From positions 152,923 through 216,922 of the forward strand of contig JAAOMT010000553.1 of assembly GCA_016748015.1 (NCBI GenBank): a stretch of 64,000 bases of DNA, in the 5' to 3' direction. The position numbers and the translations under genes are program-made. The notes beneath the pieces were generated by a model. It worked only from the letters and a program-made list of their open reading frames with translations, was not told where the DNA came from and did no database searches. This document shows, in pieces, positions 40,460 to 52,600 of the stretch. The number at the start of each line of letters is the position of its first letter. Within the stretch, counting starts at the first letter, position 1. Source of the stretch: Geosiphon pyriformis uo1 (lineage: Eukaryota > Fungi > Glomeromycota).

Positions 40460-41589
40460 ACATTATCTGGTGTTATTATATGTTATTCTGTGTTATCTCA
40501 TATTGTAATGTATTATTCTGTATTATCTTAAGTTATAACATATTATTCAATAGTATTGTATACTGTTACTAGTAGAATTTTAGCTATTAATTAGCATGAA
40601 ATTATCCTTATAATTCCTATTAGTAATTAACATGTGAATATCAATCCAAATTATTACTTATTATTTAATCAATTTATTACATATCATGATTCAATTAATA
40701 ATCCAATTAGTACAACAAAAAGTAAGATAATTAAATTACACAATACCCTGAACTTTGTAACATTCTAAAATTTGCCAAAATTTACAGAAATTTGTCGAAA
40801 TTTATATGAAATTTGCCAAAATTTATAGAAATTCGCCGAAATTATGAATAGTTTATCCAAATTAATCAATAGTTTAGTGAAATAACTTGTAGTTCATCAA
40901 AATGTATTTTTAGTTTGCCAAAATTTGAGCAAAGAAAAAAAGTGCAAGTTCATAGACTAGTACTACAACAAGTTGTATAAAAGAAGAGCTTTTCTCTTCA
41001 AGAAAATGTATCTTACTTTAGATTTATTACTTAGAACCATTCCTACATACACAAAAAGAAATAAATATCAAATAATTTGAAAAAACCAAATTCTTTAATT
41101 ATTGTACTTGGAACATTCCCAAAACCCAACTAGCATTTTGAAATTGATTAGCTACCAATTTCAGTAAACTGTTAGTGACTCCAGGCCTGGATAGAAAACG
41201 TTTTTCTTGATAAAATCCTATTTTTTTTACATTTTTTTTATTTTTTTTTTCTTTTTTTATTACAATCATTAGAGTAGCCTACAGATGAGATTCCTGTAGA
41301 AGAGTTGACTTTCACAGCAAAGTAACTACACATTTTTAGTGAGCTTCCAGACGAGCAATTCCTGGGAAAAAGTTGACATTTACTACAACATAACTACATA
41401 AAGTAACTGGCAAGAAATTGACCATTCCACTTATAAGCCCAGCAATTCAAATTATAGGAGATAATTTGAAGCTAAATTCAGTTATTGGAGGTTCAACTAC
41501 TTCTAGAAAACGTGAATTTGCAACCAACAGACAGTTACAACATTCAAAAAAAGAGACCAAAAACCTCCAGTAACATTTGGTGCTCTCTC

Positions 41590-44500
41590 ATGGAAATAAC
41601 ACAGCAAACAACAAACTTCAAAGTGGCAACCACACCAGACACAACAACTCTAGAGTATTATCAGTCAATTTACACCCATTGCAAGCAGAGATTCAACATC
41701 CCAGACGAAATTGAAATTGTTGAAAGAACACTTTACCAATACATTGAAAACTGTATTAACAATTATCTTCTTAGAAATTACAACATTTTAAAAGTAAAAA
41801 GCAACCTCTACAATAATCTAGTACACTATTTACGATTGGGAACTAAAGACCTTAACAGTAAAACACTTGCCACCTACTTTTAAGAACTCAATTACAACAT
41901 TATCAAGTATTGTGAAGAAAAATACCCAGTACAGTCTAAATACTCTTTTGATTTTGAATCAGAAACAGAAACAGACAACAAAGACAAACAAAAAGTGAAA
42001 CAACACTCAAAAAACACTCCAAACATTCCAATACTACCAAAGACAATTGCCAAACACTTGCAAACACCTGAACAAGAAACCAGTATCAAATTACCACTTT
42101 CTATCACACCATTTTCAATTTCACTTGCTCGACCACAAACACTAAATTCACCACTTAACCATTTCTCCAGACCAGAAGAATTTCAGTCACCTAGAAATTC
42201 TACTCAACAGCAGAAACCTATATCAACAAGCACCAATATTATTGAATACTTGCAGGAAAACAAAAGTGATCATTCAAAAAATTTGGAAAGTAAAGAAACT
42301 AAATCAGAACAAGGAGAAGCCACAGAAAACAAAGAGGAAATGGCAACTGCTTACATTGCAAAGATTCCAGAATTCATGAGTGAAGATAATAATACCAGTC
42401 CTCAAAAATAGCTCGACAAAGTTCAAAAAGCAGGAGATGCAAATGGTTGGATTGCAGTAAGAATGCTTAAAACAATTCCCTACTTTCTCTAAGAAACAAC
42501 AGAAGAATGATTTGAAAATTTAGAAGAACCATTTGAAAACTGGCAAGCATTCAAAGATACTTTTCTACAACAATTCACTGACAACAATACCTCTATCACT
42601 CTCAGAAACTGCTTTCACAATATCAAACAAGAAACATCTGAAACTGTTATAACCTATCTTGGAAGATTTAACAAACTTCTTAGACAAATCTGACAATTGG
42701 AAACCAATGACTACTATTCTGATGCTCAAATTCTGGATCAGTTTATAGCAGGGTTAAAAGACCAACTGATTAAGAAAGTCCATCCACATGCTCCAGCAGA
42801 CTTAGCAACTGCTATTAAACATGCAAAGAGTAATGAAATGGCAATGGAAGAAGAAAATTACACCAAGCTTGTAAACCTTGCAATTGAAAAAACCAGCTCA
42901 GCAGCTAAAAAAAAGATAAACCAACTCACAAAAAAAGTTGAAAGCTACTTTACAAACCAACAACAACAGCAATAACAACCACAAAGATATCAACTCCCAC
43001 AATGATGCAACCAAAACAATTTTAGATCACCATCCAACAACCAATCTCAAAATTGTCATTATTGTGGAATTCCAAAACACTGGAAACAAGATTGTAGGAA
43101 ATTACAAAGAGACCAACAAAACAAGAATAATTAACATTACTTTTTATCACAACAATCTTATTACCAATCTCTACCACCAACCTATTATTCACCAAGACCA
43201 CAAAATCAAAACTGTTACTATTTACCAGCTCCACAACCAATGCAGCAACAATATCAGCAACCTTTACCAATTCAGCCATATTAGACACCATCCACTCAAC
43301 AATATCAAGTACTAGCAAGAAAATTGGTTTAACATAACCAATTCACACTCCAAAATCAATTGCAGAGTAACCACAACAGAATCAATTTAAATAACCAGTT
43401 GGTTTCCCAAAATTCTGGTCAGCAAAGACCCAATCACTATCACACTTAACCCAGTTATTTTACAATACCAGAGAAATCGGATTTTCAACAAACTGCACTT
43501 TCTGAAGATGAAGTTGCAGCACCAAGATCAAACCCTTCCAACCACACCATTCTACCAGTTCAAATTGCCCAAAATGCCAATCTGTCAGATATATTTCCAT
43601 TTGAATTTGAAGCAAATGAATTACCATTTCTGCTTAATAATGCAGCAGTCAATAAACAGAAAGCAATTACTGCTATGTACACAGAAGCTACAGTAAAAGA
43701 AAAACCCATTTGCTTAATCTTAGATAGTGGATTGGCTGGAAGTATCATCACTTACCAGCTGATGCAACAACTCAAACAAAACATAAACAGACCAGCTCAA
43801 ACAGTTATTGTCACAGCTGATGGTATGAAAAAGACTCCAGTAGGAGAAATTGATGATTTTCCCTTTACAATTAATGGAATTACCATTTCAGTTAAAGTTC
43901 TTGTTATAGATGCATCCCAATACTAAGCTCTAGTCAGAAATGATTGGCTTCTCAAGGCCAATGCAAACCTGAACTGGAAAACTCAAGAACTTAAAATCTT
44001 ATACCAAGGACAATATACCATAGTACCTGCAACTTGTGGTATCTTTAACAAATGATCAGAAAAAGCTCTAGTATTTAAATTTGAAGAAGAGAAGGAAATG
44101 CCACTCACTGAAACCTACATGGCTCTTGAATTACTATCCAATTGGGCTGAGGAAACAGAACAAAAGATTTTTGAAAAATCAAGAGGATGGAAGAAAGTTA
44201 GATATTACACCAAAATCATGAAAAAAACCACTATATATTCCACTAAAATACAAAGATTGCAAAAAAAAGCTTTCATCTATGGGAGTCTGTATCTCCCCAG
44301 AAAAAAAATATGAAACTCATACTTGTTACTTCTGCAAAGCATGCCATAGAGAACAATTTGGATCCCCAAAGAGAAGTGAAAAATGAGACAAAACTCTTTG
44401 TCTTACTTGTGGAGAAAGGCTACCAGAAGAATACAATTGGATTGATGTAGCAATGAAAGGAGAAATATGTGATCAGACCTGTCAATATGCTCTATCAATT

Positions 44501-47500
44501 TTAGAAAAAGTCAGAAGAGGAATACCATTTGATGCAGCATACAACAGTGCTTTCAATAAACTTTACCACTACCCTCATAATGCTGAAATGATTTTTGACC
44601 TAGCAATAGCATTGATCAATGGAGCCACCCAAGAAGATGTCCACCAAATGAAAGAAGCTGAATACATTGAGTATACCATAGAATTAGCTGGATTTGATTA
44701 TGAAGATGAAGTAAAAACCTACCACCAAATTGCAAGCCACATATATTCGACCAAAGAAGCTCAAATTCAATGATTAGAGCAAATAAACATTCAATTGTGT
44801 AAAGAATGTGTTATGTCTTGTGATGACCAATGGTGTTTAGAATATTATGCTCTTAGCATTCCTCTGCCAGATAAGAATGATAAAAATGAAATCGAATTTG
44901 GAGTATCTGAACTAGTAGAAAAACTACCAACCACTCCTATCTATCTTCTTGAAAAGCAACCACCTCTACAACTTAAATATTTTTTGACAACCATGGCCAA
45001 AGAATCAGACCAGAAAAAGCACACAAAATTGATGCTAGATATGATCTAAGATACCCAGAAAAAGATACTTTGGTTCTCCAACCAAAGTCCTTGACAAAAA
45101 TTAATCTCAAAATTGCTCTTGAAATTCCACAAAGAACAATGGTTCAAATTGCCTCCAAATCATTATTGGCAAGCAAAGAAATCAATATTAAAGGAGAAGT
45201 TATAGATACAGAATACACTGGAGACATTACCATCATGTTGCAGAATAAGACAGACAAACCATTCAAGATTGAACATGCTGAAAAAATTGCTCAAGCAATT
45301 TACCTACCCTTAATTAATATTTCGGGATTACAATCAGTTAACAACAGAGAACAATTGGGAAAAAGTGAAAAAGAAATGCAAGATTTTGGTTCAACTGGAC
45401 AATTTACAGTTTCAGTAAACATAGCTCTTAATACACAAAATGAATTTCACCAGATTCTTCAACTTCTCCAGCCAATTACTATTTCACTTTTTGGAGAACA
45501 TCACGAAATTTACACTTGCTTAAAACCCACTACTACACAACAAATCTTTGAATTCAATGAACAAATCTGTTTGAAGCATGAAATCTCAAATTCAAATGTT
45601 TATATTCCCAAAGAAATGAAAAAATTTTGAGTTACATTCTACAACTCCAATAATTACCCTATTGTCTTATTAAACAAACTAAAGATTGGAATCATACACA
45701 GCAATATTTTTCAAGATGAAAACCCTCAAATTGTCTTTAATTTCATCGAAATTGTAAGGCACACTCTACTCCCAAATCCAAATATCATTCTAACTACTGA
45801 AAACTACTACTTTTTGGAAGAAAAACTCTCTTGAATCAACATGGGTCCCTTAGAACCTCAACAACAAAGACAATTAAAACAATTGATAGCTGAATTTGCA
45901 GATATATTTGCAAAAGACAACAATGAACTGGGAAAAATGGATATGGTTCAATATCAGATCTATACAGGAGATGCTCCACCAAAATGTCAGCAAGCTTACA
46001 GAATGCCACCTACCAGCCACCAATTCATCAGTGAAAAAGTCCAGAGAATGCTCAATAACAGATTGATTCAACCATCAAGAAGTCCTTGGGCCTTATCAGT
46101 AGTTCTTGTCAAAATGAAAAATGAAAAAATCAGATTTTGTGTTAACTATTGCCAATTGAACAGTGTGACAATTGGAGATGCCTATCCTCTTTCAAGAATT
46201 GATGACATGCTAGATGCTCTAAGAAAAGCCAAGTTTTTCTCAACTTTAGACTTGAAAAGTGGATACTGGCAAGTCAAAATAGACCCAAAAGACCGACCCA
46301 AAACAGCATTTACCACTCAAAGAGGAAACTATGAGTTCAATGTTATGGCTTTTGAACTCTGCAATGCACCAGCAACATTCCAGTGACTTATGGATGTTGT
46401 ATATAAAAGACTCTTGTGGCAATCAATAGTTGTCTATCTTGATGACACTAATATATACTCACCAAGCTTTGAGACTCATCTTATTTACCTGTGAGAAGTT
46501 TTTCAATGATTACAGAAAGCAGGATTAAAGTTAAACATTGAGAAATGTCACTTTGGAAAAACAAGCTTGATCTTTCTTAGACACATAGTTAGTAAAAATG
46601 GAGTCAAACCAAATCCAGAAACAATTAGTGCTGTGAAAAACTTCCAAACTCCAAAAAATACCACAGAGCTATGAAGATTTATAGGATTAGTCTCCTATTA
46701 CTGAAAATTCATCAAAGGATTCTCAGAAATTGCCAAATCACTCAATTATCTCACCAATAAAAATGTGCCATACAAATGGACTGAAGAACAACAAAAAACA
46801 TTTGAAACCCTCAAAACAAAGCTGACAACAGCCCCAGTTCTTGCTTATCCAGACTTCAACAAACAATTTCAACTAGCCACTGATGCTTTACACATAGCAT
46901 TTGGTGCCATCTTATTACAATTGAATGAAAATAGCCAGGAACAAGTTATCACCTATGCCAGCAGAACATTCAAGCCAACAGAACTCAAATATGGCTCAAC
47001 TGAATTGGAAGCCACTGTAGTCATCTGGGCTCTCAAACACTTTCAACAATACCTGAAGAATGGAAAAAAATTTAACATAATAACTGACAATATTGGCCTC
47101 AAATGACTTAATAAAAAGAAAACTGAACAAAGTGCTAAACAGTATCAATAGAATGACTTCTTAGCAGACTACAGATATATTGTACATCACAAACCAGAAA
47201 AACTACACACCAATGTTGATAGCCTCTCAAGAATAAGACAATATTAATACCAACATCAACACCAACAAAACACCAACAAACTTAACAGCAGAACAAAAAA
47301 CAAAATTAACAACAATAGATCCAAAAAACTACAACAACATCAAAAACTATTTGGAGACTCTTACCATGCCAGAAAATTGGTCTCCAAGTAAAAAACATCA
47401 ATTACAACACCAATCCAAACAATATTTTATACACCACAACAAAATCTATTACAAAAATTGTAAAAACCCAAACCAACCACTCAGATTAGTACAAGAAAAT

Positions 47501-48605
47501 GAAAAAAAAACAATTCTATACAACATGCACACAGATTCTTCTTCAGCACACTTGGGAAGAGATGAAACAATTCAAAGAACTCTTGAACATTATTTTTGGC
47601 CTCACATGCAAAAAGACATTCGACAATATGTAGAATTTTGTGATAGTTGTCAAAGAAAAAGAGGAACTCGCCACACAGAACTTTTAAATCCAATTAAAGT
47701 TGGACAGAGTTGAAATTGATTTAGTCGGACCATTACCTATCACAACCCAAGGAAATTAATATATTGCAGTTGCAGTGGATTATTTTACCAAATGGCTTGA
47801 AGCTAGAGCCATCCAAAAAGCAGATGCAAAATCAGTAGCAAATTTCATCTATGAAAACATTATCTGTAGACATGAATGCCCAATTGAACTCTTATCTGAT
47901 CAAAGAACACATTTTGTGAACAACTTAATACAAGAAATTTGTGAATGATTCAATGTCAAAAGACCTCTATCATTATCTTATCACCCTCAAACAAATGTAC
48001 TTGTAAAATGTTTTAACAAAACATTGTGTGAATCTCTAGCCAAAGTTTCAATAGACTTTGAACAGAAATGGGATATCTTTATTCCATCAGTATTACTAGT
48101 ATACAGAACACTAAAACAAGATATTATGAAACACACACTATTTGATCTTACTTATGGAAGAACAGCAATATTACCAATTAATTTTACAGTGGAAACATAT
48201 CCTGTGCAACCAATTAATGAAGAGAACTTGCAAGAAACACTCCAAAGAAGGGCCTACACTCTCCTTAGTACACTGGAAGGAAAAAAAAGGATAGCAGCAA
48301 CTTATATTGAATATTCTCAAGCTTAACAAAAAGAAAGACATAACAACAAATTACCACTCATAACCAACGAATTTAAAATAGGAAATAAAGTTCTCTTATA
48401 CAGAACTAAGGCTGAAAAACAATAGAATGGGAAATTTGAAAACAAATGGGATGAACCATTTTATATTCACGAAATTCTAGGCAATAGATCATGCAAGTTA
48501 AGACTTGATAACAAAGTACTAGCAAAAGTTGCACATGAAGATAGATTAAAATACTATCATTCCAGAAACAATCCTGAACTATTAATTCCACAAATTGGTA
48601 CACAT
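41590..48605 (+). pseudogene. gag-pol: gag-pol of element C (stops and frameshifts; last codons continue at 58495-58582)
   Basis: CHYCGIPKHWKQDC knuckle, LILDSG protease, dUTPase (45070-45400), RT LDLKSGYWQ/YLDD, RH TDA, IN HHCC and core. Confidence 0.93.
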
Positions 48606-49611
48606 TGTTACCAGTAAAATTTTAGTTATTAATAAGCATGAAATTACTCTTATAATTCCTATAATTAATTAGTATATTAATATCATTTCAAATTATCATT
48701 TATTATTTAATCAATTATCACATATCACGATTCAATCAAAATAATCTAATTAGTATAACAGAAAGTAGGATGATCAAATTACACAATACTCTGAACTTTA
48801 TAATATTCAAAAATTCGCCGAAATTTACAGAAATTTGCCAAAATTTATAAGAAATTCGCCGAAATTATGAATAGTTCACCCAAATTAATCAATAGTTCAG
48901 CAAAATAACTTGTAGTTCATCAAAATGTATCTTTAATTTGCTGAAATTTGAGCAAAGAGAAAAAGTGCAAGTTCATAGACTAGTACTACAACAAGCTGTA
49001 TAAAAAAAGAGCTTTTCTCTTCAAGAAAAGATATCTTACTTTAGGTTTATTACTTAGAACCATTCCTATACACACAAAAAGAAATAAATATCAAATAATT
49101 TGAAAAACCAAATTTTTTAATTATTACACTTGGAAAATCTTCAAAACCCAACTAACATTTTGAAATTGATTAGCTACCAATTTCAATAAACTGTTAGTGA
49201 TTCCATGCCTGGATAGAAAATGTTTCTCTCAATAAAATTCTATTTCTTTTACATTTCTTTTATTTATTTTTTCTTTTCTTATTACAATCATTAATGTAGC
49301 CTACAGACAAGATTTCTGTAGAAGAGTTAACTTTCACAGCAAAGTAACTACACATTTTAGTGAGCTTCCAGATAAGCAATTTCTGGGAAAGAGTTAACAT
49401 TTACTACAATGTAACTACATAAAATAACTGGTAAGGAATTGGTCATTCCCTTCATAAGCCCAGCAGTTCAAATTATAGGAGATAATTTGAAGATAAATTC
49501 AGTTATTGGAGGTTTAATTGCTTCCAGAAAACGTGAAATTAACAACAGACAAACAGTAACAACATTCAAAAAAAGAGACCAAATATCTCTGGTAACATTT
49601 GGTGTTCTTCC

Positions 49612-52600
49612 ATGGAAATAACACAGCAACAACAAATTCAAAGTGACAATCACACCAGAAACAGCAACTCTAGAGTATTATCAGTCAATTTACACCCACT
49701 GCAAGCAAAGATTCAACATTTCAGACAGAATTGAAGTTGTCAAGAAATCAGTATACCAATACATTGAAAACCACATCAACAATTATCTTTTTGGAAACTA
49801 CAACATTTCAGAAGTTAGAAACAACCTCTACAATAATTTAGTGCACTATTCACAATTGGGAACAGAAGATCTGAACAGTGAAACACTTGCTACCTACTTC
49901 CAAGAACTTAATTTTAACATTATTGAGTATTGTGAAGAAAAATACCTAGTACAGTCTAAATACTCTTTTGACTTTGAATCAGAGATAGAAACAAGCAACA
50001 AAGACAAACAAGGATTGAAGCAATACTCAAGAACCACTCCAAACACTTCAACACTACAAAAGACACCTGCCAAATACTTGCAAACACTTGAACAAGGAAC
50101 TAGTGTCAAATTACCACTTTTTATTACACTATTTCTAATTTCACTTGTTTAACCACAAACACCAAATTCACCACTCAACTGCTTCTCTAGACCAGAAGAT
50201 TTTCAGTCATCTAGAAACCCTACTCAACAGCAGAAACCAATATCAACAAGTGCCAATATCATTGATTACTTACAAAAAAATGAAAGTAATCATTCAGAAA
50301 GCTTGGAAAGTGAAGAAACTGAATCAGAACCAGAAGAAATTACAGAAACCGAAGAAAAAATGGCAACTGCTTACATTGCAAAAATCCCAGAATTCACTGG
50401 TAAAGACAATGATACCAGTCCTCAAGAATGGCTTGACAAAGTTCAAAAAGCAGGAGATGCTAATAGTTGGATCGCAGCAAGAATGCTCAAAGCAATTCCC
50501 TATTTTCTTTAAAGAACAGCAGGAGAATGGTTTGAAAATTTAGAAGAACCATTTGAAAACTGGCAAGCATTCAAAGATGCTTTTCTACAATAATTTACTA
50601 ACAACAATACCTCTATTACTCTCAGAAACCACTTTCACAATATCAAACAAAAAACATCTAAAACTGTTATGACCTATCTTAGAAGATTTAACAAACTTCT
50701 CAGATGAATCTAACAATTAAAAACCAATGACTACTATTCTGATGCTTAAATTCTGGATCAGTTTATAGCAAGGTTAAAAAACAAATTGATTAAAAAAGTC
50801 CATCTACATGCTCCAGCAGACTTAGCAACTGCTATTAGACATGCAAAGAGCTATGAAATGGCAATGAAAAAAGCAAATCACACCAAGCTTGTAAATCTTG
50901 CAATTAAAGAAACCAGCTCAGCAGCTGAAGAGAAGATAGACCAACAACAACAGCAACAACAACCACAAAGATATCAACCCCCACAACGACACAACCAAAA
51001 CAATTTTGGATCACCATCCAACAACCAATCTCAAAATTGTCATTATTGTAGAATTCCAGAACACTAGAAACAAGATTGTAGAAAATTACAAAGAGACCAA
51101 CAAAACAGGAGTAATCAACATTACTCTTCACCACAACAATCCTATTACCAATCTCTACCACCAACTTATTATTCACCAAGACCACAAAATCAAAACAGTT
51201 ACTATCCACCAGCTCCACAACCAATGCAGCAACAATATCAGCAACCTTTACCAATTCAGCCATATCAGACACCACCCACTCAACAATATTAAGTACCAGC
51301 AAGAAGATTGGTTCAATATAACCAATTCACACCCCAAAATCAATTACAGAGTAACCACAACAGAATCAATCCAAATAACCAGTTGGTTTCCCAAAATTCT
51401 GGTCAGCAAAGACCCAATCACTATCACACTCAACCCAGTTATCTTACAATACCAGAGAAATCGGATTTTCAACAAACTGCACTTTCTGAAGGTGAAGTTG
51501 CAGCACCAAGTTCAAACCCTTCCAACCACATCATTCCACCAGCTCAAATTGCCCAAAATTCCAATCTGTCAGATATATTTCCATTTGAATTTGAAGCAAA
51601 TGAATCACCATTTCTGCTTAGTAATGTAGCAGTCAATAAACAGAAAGCAATTACTGCTATGTGCACAGAAACTACAGTGGAAAGAAAACCTATTCGCTTA
51701 ATCTTAGATAGTGGATTGGCTGGAAGTATCATCACTTACCAGCTGATACAACAACTCAAACGAAACATAGACAGACCAGCTCAAACAGTTATTGTCACAG
51801 CTGATGGTATGAAGAAGACTCCAATAGGAGAAATTGATGACTTCCCCTTTACAATTGATGGAATTATCATTCCAGTTAAAGTTTTTGTTATGGATGCACC
51901 CCAATATCAAGCTCTAATTGGAAATGATTGGCTTCTCAAGGCCAATGCAAACCTGAACTAGAAAACTCAAGAACTTAAAATCTCATACCAAGGACAATAT
52001 ACTATAGTATCTGCAACCTGTGGTATCTTTAACAAACGATCAGAAAAAGCTCCAGTATTTGAATTTGAAGAAGAAAAGGAAATGCCACTCACTGAAACCT
52101 ACATGGCTCTTGGATTATTATCCAATTGGGCTGAGAAAACAGAACAAAAGATTTTTGAAAAATCAAGAGGATGGAAGAAAGTTAGATATTCCACACCAGA
52201 ACCATAAAAAAAACCACTATACATTCCACTAAAATACAAAGATTGCAAAAAAAAGCTTTTATCTATGGGAGCCTGTATCTCCCCAGAAGAGAAATACGAA
52301 ACTCATACTTGTTACTTCTGCAAGACATGCTATAGAAAACGATTTGGATCCCCAAAGAAAAGTGAAAAATAGGACAAAACTCTTTGCTTCACATGTGGAG
52401 AAATGCTACCAGAAGAATGCAATTGGATTGATGTAGCAATGAGAGGAGGAGTATATAATCAAACCTGTCAATATGCTCTATCAATTGTGGAAAAAGTCAG
52501 AAGAGGAACACCATTTGATGCAGCATACAACAGTGCTTTCAATAAACTTTACCACTACCCTTATAATGCTGAAATAATTTTTGACCTAGTAATGGCATTA

